Shown here: positions 1 through 9,516 of the stretch, piece by piece
How the letters are laid out: each line of letters starts with the position of its first letter
How positions within the stretch are numbered: the first letter of the stretch is position 1
Source: Escherichia phage phiWec177
DNA: 64,000 nucleotides
Direction: 5' to 3' (one strand)
Sequence record: LC739532.1
The notes under the pieces: generated by a model
What the model was told of the DNA's origin: nothing
The model's database searches: none
What the model saw: the letters and a program-made list of their open reading frames with translations, nothing else
Program-made: the position numbers and the translations under genes

Positions 1-1798
1 TGGTATCCGTGATATTAAAACGGGAAGACTTTTTGAGTCACCACAATTTATGTTTATGGGTATGGCTATGAAAGCCTTTGAGAAGCAACCAAAGCACCGT
101 AGACTGCAAGATGTTATCAAGCTGTACACTTACCTATCTGACCTGAAGATTAACGCTCCTACACCTTATTTAAATGGTTTAAGAGCTACTAAATCAGGTT
201 ATGCGTCATGCTGTTTGATTAAGGCAAATGATACTGCTGAATCACTTGGTATTGCTGCAAAGGTTGCTTATGATATGACTACAAAGCAAGCTGGTATTGG
301 TATGCTGATGGAGACTCGCACTATTGGTGATGGTATCCGTCAAAATACTATTGAGCACATGGGTAAGCTACCTTATTACAAGCTTGTACGTTCATCTGTA
401 GAGGCAAATAAACAGAAGAGTCGTGGTGGTTCAGCTAATAACTTCTACACTGCTCTAGACCCGCAGATTGAAGATTTACTGCGTTTGAAGCACCCTACAA
501 CGGTTCCTTCTAAACGCATTAACGAGATGGACTACTCATTCGGCACAAACGATTATTTCTGGCAGTGTGTTCAGTATGATACAGATTGGTTGCTATTCTC
601 TTACAAAGATGCACCAAAACTCTATGACATGTTCTACACAGCATCTGCTGATGAGTTTGCTATGGCAGTTGGTCATGCAGTACATTCAGGTGTTAAACAT
701 AGACGAGTCAAGGCTCGTGAAATTGCTAAGCTGTTTATTCAACAGCGTTATGCTACAGGTCGTGTGTATCCATTCTTCACTAACAATGCGAACACACATA
801 CACCATTTAAAGAACCATTGAAGATGTCAAATCTTTGTATGGAAGTTGTGTTGCCAGTGTATGGTTTTGAGAAAGAGACAGACCTTTACAGAGATGATGC
901 TGTGAAAGAGGATGGTGAGGTGGCTCTTTGCTTCCTAGCTAGTTTGGTTGCAGGGAGAATTTCAGAAGATGAATACGCTGACGTTGCTTATTATGCTCTT
1001 GCAATGGTTGACTCCGTTATTGACCTTATGGATTATCCGTATCCGTCGATGCGTAACCATGTTCAGAAGCGTCGTTCTGTTGGGATTGGCCTTACAAATG
1101 TGGCTCATTACCTTGCGAAGAACTACGTGAACTACTCTTCACGAGCAGGTAAAACGAAACTTCATGAACTTGCAGAGATGCACTCTTACTATCTGCATGA
1201 AGCCTCTCTGAGACTTGCTAAAGAGCGTGGTGTTCCAGAGTACATGAAGTTCACTAAGTACCCTGAAGGCTGGGTTCCTCCAAAGACAGCTAACAAGAAG
1301 ATTGATGAAAAGCATGATGCAAAACTACGATATGATTGGGATGACTTAGCACAACGTATCAAAGAAAATGGTGGAATCCGAAACTCTGTATTAGAAGCTT
1401 ACATGCCTAATGAGAGTTCTTCACTAGCAACTAATACGACAAATGGCTTGTACCCAATTCGTGACTTTATTTTAACTAAAAAATCTGCAACTGGTAACGT
1501 ACTGTTTATTGTTCCAGATTATGAAGAGTTGAAGTATGTCTATGAGATTGCTTGGGGTATTGACACCTTTGACCTGATTGATTGTTATGCAATTGTTCAA
1601 AAGTTCACTGGTCAAGCTATCTCTTCAGATTTCTATGTTGACTACGCAAAAGCTAAGAAGGTATCATTGGCTCAAGCTTTGAAGTACATGATTTATGCCA
1701 ACTCGGTAGGTATGAAAACCATGTACTACCTTAACAGCCGCATTGGTGTAGGTAAATCCGCACTGCAAGATGCTTATTGCGAGGGTTGTGGTGTTTAG
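1..1798 (+). CDS. nrdA: Ribonucleoside-diphosphate reductase alpha subunit (class Ia), 5'-truncated by window edge
   Basis: Frame open from nt 2; SNLCMEV active-site-like motif; C-terminal CEGCGV cysteine pair typical of class I large subunit; followed by nrdB. Confidence 0.85.
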   Translation, partial: GIRDIKTGRLFESPQFMFMGMAMKAFEKQPKHRRLQDVIKLYTYLSDLKINAPTPYLNGLRATKSGYASCCLIKANDTAESLGIAAKVAYDMTTKQAGIGMLMETRTIGDGIRQNTIEHMGKLPYYKLVRSSVEANKQKSRGGSANNFYTALDPQIEDLLRLKHPTTVPSKRINEMDYSFGTNDYFWQCVQYDTDWLLFSYKDAPKLYDMFYTASADEFAMAVGHAVHSGVKHRRVKAREIAKLFIQQRYATGRVYPFFTNNANTHTPFKEPLKMSNLCMEVVLPVYGFEKETDLYRDDAVKEDGEVALCFLASLVAGRISEDEYADVAYYALAMVDSVIDLMDYPYPSMRNHVQKRRSVGIGLTNVAHYLAKNYVNYSSRAGKTKLHELAEMHSYYLHEASLRLAKERGVPEYMKFTKYPEGWVPPKTANKKIDEKHDAKLRYDWDDLAQRIKENGGIRNSVLEAYMPNESSSLATNTTNGLYPIRDFILTKKSATGNVLFIVPDYEELKYVYEIAWGIDTFDLIDCYAIVQKFTGQAISSDFYVDYAKAKKVSLAQALKYMIYANSVGMKTMYYLNSRIGVGKSALQDAYCEGCGV

Positions 1799-1853
1799 TT
1801 TTAACAACTATGAGGGTCGTAAAAGACCCTCTAAAAATAACTTTGGAGAGACC

Positions 1854-2111
1854 ATGAAAGATTTAATAGAAAAACATAAGCGACCTATATACTTGCTCCA
1901 CAAGCCTCGGAAAACGATGTACTATGTGAGTAGCACAGACATGATGATAAAACAAAATGATGACTCATGGGTTGCTGGTATCTCTTACATCTCTACAGCA
2001 GATTGTAAAATCTACGCAAGACCTTATGAGATGTTTAACAAAGAAAATTGGGAAGTTTTAGACAGAAAACAAGCCTTAGAAATGATAAAGAAAGGAGAAA
2101 TCACATTATGA
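1854..2111 (+). CDS. Hypothetical small protein between nrdA and nrdB
   Basis: ATG at 1854 preceded by GGAGAG; in-frame part of track ORF 1770..2111; ends ATGA-overlapping the nrdB start. Confidence 0.45.
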   Translation: MKDLIEKHKRPIYLLHKPRKTMYYVSSTDMMIKQNDDSWVAGISYISTADCKIYARPYEMFNKENWEVLDRKQALEMIKKGEITL

Positions 2112-3181
2112 TTAACCAGCACCCAATCTTTTTAGGTGGTGAGAGAAAAACTTTTGACTCACTTAATAAACACTACCCAAAAATCTTTGAACTATATAAG
2201 CAACAAAAAGCACAAGATTGGTCAGAAGATGAGTTCCCTTTTGAACAATCACGTCTTGATTTTGAGAGTGTTCCAGCATCTATGTCAGGTGTAATGCTTG
2301 AGATTCTCAAGTGGCAATGGGAAGCAGATACTCAAGTTGCTAAGAGCTTGGCATTTGCCTTTGCACCCTTTATCTCTGATGACATCTATGCAACTGCAAT
2401 TATGAAGCAGTCTGAGATTGAAAACCTACATGCCCTTACTTACTCAGAGATTGTAAGGCAATGTATTAAAAACCCTGAAACAATCTTAGATGAGATTAAC
2501 CAGAATGTTGCTGTGCAAGACCGATTAAAAACTGTGAATCGTGTTCTTGAAGAATTACTGGATGAAGGGATAAATTACCGACTGAGTTATGTCCGTGATT
2601 CACTTCTGGACAAAGACCCTTTACACTTCCATAAAGTGATTCTAAAAGGTCTATTTGCAGTGACTGCACTTGAAGGTATATCTTTTATGGCATCCTTTGC
2701 ATGTACTTTTGCACTTGATGCTCAAGATAAATTTCAGGGTATTGCTCAAGCTGTCCAGAAAATTATGCTTGACGAAATCCTTCACACTAAAATTGATATT
2801 GAAGTTTTAAAAGAAACTTTAAGAGATGATGAGTGGCAGAAAGCTTTTCAACAAATTCTTCCAGAGATTAAAGTAATCTTAGATGAAGTGGTTGAAAGTG
2901 AAGAGAAATGGTCGTATTATATCTTCTCCGAAGGACGTGCTGTAGTTGGGTTAAATACAAAGCTTCTTCATGAGTGGGTTTACTATAATGCTGCCCCACT
3001 GTATGACATGTTTGGCATTCCCAGAGATTTTGTAGCTCCTAAAGAACCACCTTTGAAGTATATGATTAAGAAGATGGAAATTGATAAAGAGCAGAATGCT
3101 AATCAGGAGCAACAGAACGGTGCGTATTTATTGAATACTGTTGTAGATGATTTGAATAGTGGATTTTTAGAGGTTCCTTAA
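2108..3181 (+). CDS. nrdB: Ribonucleoside-diphosphate reductase beta subunit
   Basis: ATG 2108 after AAGGAGAAA; ExxH-type di-iron ligand motifs (SEIENLHALTYSEI, DEILHTK); size and position after nrdA. Confidence 0.8.
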   Translation: MINQHPIFLGGERKTFDSLNKHYPKIFELYKQQKAQDWSEDEFPFEQSRLDFESVPASMSGVMLEILKWQWEADTQVAKSLAFAFAPFISDDIYATAIMKQSEIENLHALTYSEIVRQCIKNPETILDEINQNVAVQDRLKTVNRVLEELLDEGINYRLSYVRDSLLDKDPLHFHKVILKGLFAVTALEGISFMASFACTFALDAQDKFQGIAQAVQKIMLDEILHTKIDIEVLKETLRDDEWQKAFQQILPEIKVILDEVVESEEKWSYYIFSEGRAVVGLNTKLLHEWVYYNAAPLYDMFGIPRDFVAPKEPPLKYMIKKMEIDKEQNANQEQQNGAYLLNTVVDDLNSGFLEVP

Positions 3182-3423
3182 TGACTTATGTAATTTACTC
3201 CAAAACTGGATGCCCTCAGTGTGAGACTGCAAAGAATTTTGCGAAAGCTCGTGGTATTGACCATGTTGTGAGAATGTTAGGGCAGGATTATGAACTGCCA
3301 GACCTGATGGATATTGCACAGATGCCAGTTCGTCAGATGCCATTCATCATGAAAACTGACGGTCAAAACCTAAAACCTGTTGGAACGCTACAGAATTTTA
3401 TGACAGAGGTGAATAATGCTTAA
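3181..3423 (+). CDS. nrdH: Glutaredoxin-like protein (NrdH-like redoxin)
   Basis: 80 aa with CPQC redox motif near N-terminus; located inside nrd cluster. Confidence 0.7.
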   Translation: MTYVIYSKTGCPQCETAKNFAKARGIDHVVRMLGQDYELPDLMDIAQMPVRQMPFIMKTDGQNLKPVGTLQNFMTEVNNA

Positions 3424-3622
3424 ACGCCTTTGGGAAGGTTTGGTTGTTGATGCACCAGCTATTGTGATTGGTATGCTTGTTGTTAACCTATTTACTGATT
3501 TTGAACAAGGTTCATTGTTTGGAGCCATGTTACTATGGGTTATCTTTGAAATATTAGAGATACAGCTAGGCATCACTGAAAAACTAAGAAAACTCGTTTC
3601 AAAGTTTTCTAAAAAGATTTAA
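3416..3622 (+). CDS. Small hydrophobic membrane protein
   Basis: 68 aa, two hydrophobic helices by eye; overlaps nrdH stop. Confidence 0.4.
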   Translation: MLKRLWEGLVVDAPAIVIGMLVVNLFTDFEQGSLFGAMLLWVIFEILEIQLGITEKLRKLVSKFSKKI

Positions 3623-3629
3623 AATGAAA

Positions 3630-3651
3630 GGGTCTCTTCGGAGACCTTTTT
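3630..3651 (+). terminator. Rho-independent terminator
   Basis: GGGTCTC-ttcg-GAGACC hairpin followed by TTTTT. Confidence 0.6.
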
Positions 3652-3670
3652 AGCATGTAAAGGGGCAATA

Positions 3671-4867
3671 ATGAACAAAGTACAGATTATTAAAAAGAAT
3701 GGCTCACTTGAAGAACCTGATATCAAAAAAGTTTTAGCAGCAGTAACTAAGTCAGCTAACAGGGTTGGATATAAAGAACTCCCACCAGATGTTACCCAAG
3801 CTCTTGAGTCAGCATTTATGAGGATTCTGGTAAAGTCCACTAAGCAGAATAATTTGCTGATTTCTGTAAATGATATTCACAGTATTGTTGAGGGTGCTTT
3901 GGCAGAAGTCAATCACGAGATTTATGAGTCTTACTCAACATATAGAAATTACCGTAAAGAAGTTGCTCAAAATTGGGATGAACTCTACCAGAAGACCAAA
4001 GATACACTCTTCTTAGGCGACAGAGAGAATGCTAACTTTGACAGCAGTTTAATTTCTACAAAAGGTTCAATTATTCGTGGTTATCTGACTAAAGAAATCT
4101 TTAAGCAGTACCACTTAACACCAGAGGAACTTGAAGCCATTGAAAAAGGGTTTATCTACATCCATGACTTAAGAGACCTAATTTTTGGTGGTATCAACTG
4201 TTGTCTGTTTGACATCGGTAAAGTACTGAAAGGTGGCTTTGAAATGTCTGGCATTGAATACTGTGAACCAAAGTCTGTGCTGTCGGCCTTACAGGTTATT
4301 GGTGACATAGTTCTTTCAGCAACTGCACAGCAATTTGGTGGTTTTACTTTAGCAGAGATTGATAAGGTACTTGTACCGTATGCTAAGAAGTCTCTACGCT
4401 ATCATGCTGAGAAAGCAGCATCTTATGGTATTCCTAAAGAGCATTACCACAATTATGTCATGGAGCAGCTACAGATTGAACTGACTCAAGGTTTCCAGTC
4501 ACTTGAAATGAAACTAAACACTGTACCTTGTAGTCGTGGGGATTTTGCATTTACAACTTTGACATTCGGGTTACTTGATTCAGATATGTCCAATGAAGAT
4601 AACCGACTGCAATATATGATTGCAAGTACTCTCCTAGATGTTCGTATGAATGGACAAGGTAAGAGCAAGAAACCTGTTGTATTCCCTAAACTGGTTTATA
4701 TTTATGACCAGAAGAGACATAATGAGAATATCTGTCAATGCCACCTGTACAGTAAAGCTATTGAGTGTTGCTCTAAAGCAATGTATCCAGATTTCTTAAG
4801 TGTGTCTGGTCATGGGGCTGTAGCAGAGGCTTTTGAGCGTTCTGGCAAGGTTATTTCGCCGATGGGT
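3671..4867 (+). CDS. nrdD: Anaerobic ribonucleoside-triphosphate reductase, exon 1 (nominal ORF runs to stop at 4870 inside intron)
   Basis: N-terminal ATP-cone-like segment (VQIIKKNGSLEEPDIKKVL); ORF stops 3 nt into a group I intron; C-terminal half of the protein resumes at 5589. Confidence 0.7.
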
Positions 4868-5588
4868 TAACAGGCTCTATAGCTCATCTAAAACGTGCCT
4901 AAACAGGGAAACTCTACATATGTAGACAATCCTGTGCTAAATGATGTACGATGTAAGAAACTATACAACATAGGAGTCTTACATGCCAAACTATCACGTC
5001 ACTGAAGATGGAAAAGTCTTTAGGGAAAATGGTGTAGAGCTTACGCAGTGGAAATCCAACACTGGGTATATGAAAGTGAGGTTTTACGGTAAGAAGAATC
5101 GTGACATGTATGTCCACAGGTTAGTTGCTGAGAAGTATGTACCTAACCCAAATAATCTTCCAATTGTAAAACATAAGGACGATAACAAACTAAATAACCA
5201 CGCATCTAACTTAGAATGGGGTACTCATTCTGAGAATGCTAAAGAAGGTTATGAGAACGGATGCTACAAGTTCCAAAAGCGTTCATATGCCGTGAAAGCC
5301 ACACACAAAGTGACAAAGGAAGTTATTGTTGCTAAGTCAATACGAGAGTTATCCAATATACTTGGACACAATCGCAAGACCATCTCTTCAATATTGAAGG
5401 GTGTGAAAGAGCATAATAACTTTGAGTATGAGTTTGAATACATCTAAATGCCGAACGACTAACCGTGATGAATGTAGCGGTGTAGGGTCAAGCGACTCGA
5501 AATGGTACGCTACTTAGAAATAAGTAGAAGATATAGTCTGGACTTACTGGCGACAGTAAGCAGCTTGAATAAAGCGGGGTAAGCTTAG
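4868..5588 (+). mobile_element. Group I self-splicing intron (IA-like) interrupting nrdD; boundaries approximate to a few nt
   Basis: 5' region resembles phage group I intron P3-P6 as I recall the T4 td intron (CTAAACAGGGAAACTCTACATATGTAGACAATCCTGTGCTAAAT); R-like element CGAACGACTAA (5451-5465); S element AAGATATAGTCTGGAC (5528-5543); P9 hairpin CTTACTG-GCGA-CAGTAAG; U.G pair possible at 4867/4874; G at 5588 before exon 2. Confidence 0.75.
4983..5447 (+). CDS. Intron-encoded HNH homing endonuclease
   Basis: ATG 4983 after AGGAGTC; HNH-type motif (HRLVAEKY...HKDDNKLNNHASNLEWGTHSEN); lies between intron P6 and P7 regions. Confidence 0.75.
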   Translation: MPNYHVTEDGKVFRENGVELTQWKSNTGYMKVRFYGKKNRDMYVHRLVAEKYVPNPNNLPIVKHKDDNKLNNHASNLEWGTHSENAKEGYENGCYKFQKRSYAVKATHKVTKEVIVAKSIRELSNILGHNRKTISSILKGVKEHNNFEYEFEYI

Positions 5589-6557
5589 CGAACTTACCTG
5601 AACAACAAGTGTAGAGCATTTTTATCACCATACTATAACGAATATGGTGAAGAGTTTTATGTAGGTCGTGCAAACATTGGTGCTGTATCTTTGAACTTAC
5701 CGATGATTTACCAGTATTCTAAAGAGAATGGTTTAGATTTCTGGAAAGAGCTTGATAAGTACCTAGAAATAATTCGCAGCTTCCACAAGAAACGCTACGA
5801 AATGATTGCTAATATGCCAGCAAGTTCTAACCCTCTTGCATTTACACAAGGTGGTCTGTATAAAGGAACTAAGAATCCTACTGACAGGGTTGGTTGGGAT
5901 ATTGTGAAGTCCTTCACAGCTTCTTTTGGGGTTACTGCGCTTGATGAGCTATCTGTTCTTGCTGAAGGTAAACGGCTTCATGAAGTTGGAAGCTGTAGTT
6001 TTACATACGATGTTCTGGCATACATTAACATGAAAACTGAAGAGTTTAAAAATGAAGACGGCTTCTTATATGCCGTCTATGGTACTCCAGCAGAATCACT
6101 TTGCGGAACTCAGCTAAAACAGTTCAGAGATATGTTTGGCGTTATCAAAGGTGTTTCTGATAAGGAATACTTTACAAACAGTTTCCATATGAATGTTGCA
6201 GCAGACATATCACCATTTGAGAAGCAGGACTTAGAAGAGCCATTCTTCCATATCTGTAGAGGTGGGAGAATCCAGTATGTCAGGGTAGCTAACCCAGAAA
6301 ACTTAACAGCACTTAAAAGTTGTATTACCAGAGGGATGTTGAAAGGTTTTTATCAGGGGCTTAACTTTGACTTAGCAATCTGTGAACATTGTGGTAACAG
6401 ACCAAAGGCTGATGTTGAAGAATGTGAGGTTTGCCATTCACATGATATCTCTGTGATTAACAGGGTGTGTGGGTATCTTGGATGGACTAAGATTAAAGGT
6501 GAATCCCGAATGAACGATGCAAAAATCGCTGAGATTCGTGATAGAGTCTCTATGTAA
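5589..6557 (+). CDS. nrdD: Anaerobic ribonucleoside-triphosphate reductase, exon 2
   Basis: Frame open from 5589 (track ORF 5691 uses an internal TTG); zinc-ribbon CxxC...CxxC and glycyl-radical motif RVCGYLG near C-terminus. Confidence 0.75.
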   Translation, partial: RTYLNNKCRAFLSPYYNEYGEEFYVGRANIGAVSLNLPMIYQYSKENGLDFWKELDKYLEIIRSFHKKRYEMIANMPASSNPLAFTQGGLYKGTKNPTDRVGWDIVKSFTASFGVTALDELSVLAEGKRLHEVGSCSFTYDVLAYINMKTEEFKNEDGFLYAVYGTPAESLCGTQLKQFRDMFGVIKGVSDKEYFTNSFHMNVAADISPFEKQDLEEPFFHICRGGRIQYVRVANPENLTALKSCITRGMLKGFYQGLNFDLAICEHCGNRPKADVEECEVCHSHDISVINRVCGYLGWTKIKGESRMNDAKIAEIRDRVSM

Positions 6558-6566
6558 AACTTGACA

Positions 6567-6606
6567 AGGTGATGTGGGTCTTGATAGGCTTACATCACCT
6601 TTTTAT
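6567..6606 (+). terminator. Rho-independent terminator after nrdD
   Basis: AGGTGATGT...ACATCACCT hairpin followed by TTTTT. Confidence 0.55.
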
Positions 6607-6710
6607 TGGATGTTAGATATGACAGATAGTATTATTGGGTTGTTCATAGGTTCTGTCTTACTGGGGTTCTTTTTAGGACTCTCTTATTGTGAATTGAGAG
6701 ATAAGTTAAA

Positions 6711-6911
6711 ATGTTTAAGATATCAAAAGCGTTGATATACATACTCCACATTCTAATCTTCTTCTTTGGTGTTAGCGTTATGGTATGGGGTTTTTCAGAC
6801 CCACAATGGAGTTTCTCATATCATGGTCAGATGGATTTATGGTCATGCTTCAAACCATTTTTAGGATTAGCTATAGCATTCAGTGCATTACCAACTAAGG
6901 TGAAATTATGA
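6711..6911 (+). CDS. Hypothetical small membrane protein
   Basis: 66 aa ORF with hydrophobic stretches; start/stop overlap with next ORF. Confidence 0.4.
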   Translation: MFKISKALIYILHILIFFFGVSVMVWGFSDPQWSFSYHGQMDLWSCFKPFLGLAIAFSALPTKVKL

Positions 6912-7303
6912 TTAAGTTGAACCAAAAACAGTTAGAGTGGATTAAAGATTACGCCTCAGAGTGTGGCTCTTGTGAAAAGAACCACGTAAGATACTCAACA
7001 TTCCATACGACCTTCACATTGTATATCGGTGACAATGTTCTAAGTGATTCTGTAGAAGATGGTGTAGCATTGCCTAATGAATTGCTTGACAAATTAGCTG
7101 TAGTCACTGGAACTTGGTCTGAAGAAGATGGGCATGAACTATCTAACGCTGTTGTCTTCTACACCCTTGAAAACATCATGAACCCAGAGTACATTATGCT
7201 AATGACTTGCGCACAAGATTGTGTACCATTACAAAACTTCATTAAAGAACACTGTGAAGAATTTATTACTAAACAGGTTCCTTGTCAGGTAGTGTTTGAA
7301 TGA
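6908..7303 (+). CDS. Hypothetical Cys-rich protein
   Basis: 131 aa ORF, ATGA overlap with upstream ORF. Confidence 0.45.
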   Translation: MIKLNQKQLEWIKDYASECGSCEKNHVRYSTFHTTFTLYIGDNVLSDSVEDGVALPNELLDKLAVVTGTWSEEDGHELSNAVVFYTLENIMNPEYIMLMTCAQDCVPLQNFIKEHCEEFITKQVPCQVVFE

Positions 7304-7338
7304 GTAAAACAATTAAATAGTCTTGGTGAGGTAACTAG

Positions 7339-7824
7339 ATGAATTACATGGAGATTCGACCATTTGACACAGCTAATGGTGAAGGGGTTCGGGTAAGCCT
7401 CTTCGTAGCTGGCTGTAAACATCACTGTGAAGGCTGCTTTAACAGGGAGTCTTGGAAGTTTAATGCTGGTAAAGAGTTTACTTATGCAAACCTCTACGGC
7501 ATCATTAAGTTAATGGATGATAAGGCCATTAGTGGGTTGTCAATACTTGGTGGAGAGCCTCTGGATGACAGAAACATTCAAGAGGTCACCAACATATGCA
7601 AACGTATTAAAACTGTTTACCCAGAAAAATCTATATGGCTTTGGACAGGTTTTCAGTTACACGAAAAAATCCACCTAGATGTGATGAAATATGTTGACGT
7701 GGTGATTGATGGTAAGTATGATTCATCTAAACCAACAGTTAAACCGTATCGTGGTTCTGATAACCAAAACCTCTGGAGAAAAGAGTATGGGTGGCAAGGC
7801 GATTGTCAATGGCGAGCAGAATGA
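7339..7824 (+). CDS. nrdG: Anaerobic ribonucleotide reductase activating protein (radical SAM)
   Basis: CKHHCEGC (CxxxCxxC) radical-SAM cluster motif near N-terminus; about 160 aa; in nrd cluster. Confidence 0.8.
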   Translation: MNYMEIRPFDTANGEGVRVSLFVAGCKHHCEGCFNRESWKFNAGKEFTYANLYGIIKLMDDKAISGLSILGGEPLDDRNIQEVTNICKRIKTVYPEKSIWLWTGFQLHEKIHLDVMKYVDVVIDGKYDSSKPTVKPYRGSDNQNLWRKEYGWQGDCQWRAE

Positions 7825-8062
7825 TTATTCTGGCAAGTGGACTTATGACATCAACAAGTTAGATGCCTGGATTATTTATACAAGAGAAAAATTTGGTGCA
7901 CATTCATTATGTGCTCTTGCAACGATTGTAAAGAATGTCACCTTTGTCATACACGAGTCAGATAAATTTGGAGACTTCTACAGGATTCAAAACATGAGAG
8001 AGGGTATCACTCCAATAGGAATCACTGAAGAAGAACTTCATAAGTTCTGTATTAAACTTTAA
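7787..8062 (+). CDS. Hypothetical protein
   Basis: ATG 7787 after GGAG; overlaps nrdG 3' end in another frame. Confidence 0.4.
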   Translation: MGGKAIVNGEQNDYSGKWTYDINKLDAWIIYTREKFGAHSLCALATIVKNVTFVIHESDKFGDFYRIQNMREGITPIGITEEELHKFCIKL

Positions 8063-8077
8063 TGAGAGAGACTAAAA

Positions 8078-8344
8078 ATGGGAATTTTAGGTAATATGAA
8101 AGCTGGTTTCTTAGCTGCACTGGCAAAAGCAGCAGCAATTGTTTCTATGACTGGAAAGCAGGTCGGTGTAGATGCTTCAGCGGTTGCACAGGTTCTTACA
8201 AGCCAAATTGAACAGCAGCCTTACATCTATGTAGGCCGTGGCAAAGGTGGTAAGAAACAAGCCCACCGTCCGTCTGGTGCAGCAGCTATTAAACGAGCAG
8301 CTAAGAAAGCTCGTAACCGTAAACGTAATAAGAAGGCTAAATAA
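8078..8344 (+). CDS. Hypothetical protein with basic C-terminus
   Basis: 88 aa ORF; Ala-rich N-terminal half, Lys/Arg-rich tail. Confidence 0.45.
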   Translation: MGILGNMKAGFLAALAKAAAIVSMTGKQVGVDASAVAQVLTSQIEQQPYIYVGRGKGGKKQAHRPSGAAAIKRAAKKARNRKRNKKAK

Positions 8345-8346
8345 TC

Positions 8347-8667
8347 ATGAGCAAAGTTTATAACACTCGTAAATTACAGATTTTCTTACTGTGCCAGTTT
8401 ATGGCTAGAGAGCATAACTCCTACTATTGTGGTACAGGATTCATTAGTGATAATGATGGCTCATATCTCCCATTCAAAGAGGCTGTAAAACTCTTCAATG
8501 AAGAGAAAAGCTCTGAGAAAGATATTGAAAAGGTTAAATTAACCTATAGTAAGAAAGATAAGAAGATTATCTGCCTAGACAACTTTGTGAAAGTTACCAA
8601 AGAAACTAAAGAGTTAATGGAAGAAAGTGAAATTCCATTCACAAGAATCTTGAAAGTAGCTCAGTAA
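8347..8667 (+). CDS. Hypothetical protein
   Basis: 106 aa ORF immediately after previous gene. Confidence 0.45.
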   Translation: MSKVYNTRKLQIFLLCQFMAREHNSYYCGTGFISDNDGSYLPFKEAVKLFNEEKSSEKDIEKVKLTYSKKDKKIICLDNFVKVTKETKELMEESEIPFTRILKVAQ

Positions 8668-8680
8668 GCAGATACTATAA

Positions 8681-8708
8681 GGGAACTGTAAAGGTTCCCT
8701 TTTTATTT
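8681..8708 (+). terminator. Rho-independent terminator
   Basis: GGGAAC-loop-GTTCCC hairpin followed by TTTTTATTTT. Confidence 0.6.
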
Positions 8709-8718
8709 TGGAGATAAT

Positions 8719-9234
8719 ATGTATCTGTCAAATCTGAAACGTTCTGCTGCAATGTCAGTGTTAAGACTCAGTTTTGAGGAACGTCAAGAGTTCATTGACT
8801 CTCACCAATACGACCCTTCCAACTCCAATCACATGATTCTCTGGAATCGTGAGAGTACTCGTGAAAGAGCATTATTTCGATATTACCCACACTATACCAT
8901 AGACAACCTATATGAATGCTTTGTTGTGAAGAACACCATTACAGTACTCAATAAACTTTGCAGATACACAGGCAGTCAATCCTTCACATTAGGTCACCAC
9001 AAACCTGTTACAAAAGGTGGTGAACATCACTGTGCAAACTGGTTTATCCAGACTAAACTTGATAACCAGAAGCAAGGGGATAGTCTTTTAAGTACCCCTA
9101 AGATGACCTACGAAGAGCAAGAGAAATATATCAAAAATAATATGCCAGATGTGCTTGACAACCACTATACAGATTTGGCAATATCTCTCCTGTTGAAGTT
9201 CGAGACAGTTTATAGGGCAACTTACAATGGCTAA
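8719..9234 (+). CDS. HNH endonuclease-like protein
   Basis: HNH-type motif LGHHKPVTKGGEHHCANW...N...K. Confidence 0.5.
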   Translation: MYLSNLKRSAAMSVLRLSFEERQEFIDSHQYDPSNSNHMILWNRESTRERALFRYYPHYTIDNLYECFVVKNTITVLNKLCRYTGSQSFTLGHHKPVTKGGEHHCANWFIQTKLDNQKQGDSLLSTPKMTYEEQEKYIKNNMPDVLDNHYTDLAISLLLKFETVYRATYNG

Positions 9235-9505
9235 AGAAAAGTGGGAGATTTTACCATTAGTCAGTGAAGGAGGTAATGGTTGTGAAATGTACATGATACG
9301 TGGTCATGTTCCAGAGCCAATTGCACTTGAGATGGTAAACAACTTTACAGATGGTTCTTACAAAGACTTAGGAGAGCCAACTATAAAGCAGCAATGGGTA
9401 AAGCCTGTACCAGACAGCACAGGTAACTGTAGTGTACTTTATCACGTTGTAGACCCTGCAAAATGCAAATCTGCAATGGCAGTAACAAACGTAACTTTTG
9501 ATTGA
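9227..9505 (+). CDS. Hypothetical protein
   Basis: 92 aa ORF, overlapping stops/starts with neighbours. Confidence 0.4.
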   Translation: MAKEKWEILPLVSEGGNGCEMYMIRGHVPEPIALEMVNNFTDGSYKDLGEPTIKQQWVKPVPDSTGNCSVLYHVVDPAKCKSAMAVTNVTFD

Positions 9506-9516
9506 GAGAGAAAACT

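Noticed and set aside
567-1130. Two short plus-strand ORFs (567-821, 948-1130) inside nrdA
   Set aside because: Out-of-frame overlaps within a well-supported gene; no independent signals.
5691-6557. Track ORF presented as an independent 288-aa gene
   Set aside because: It is the C-terminal exon of nrdD; the frame is open from 5589 and the track start is an internal TTG.
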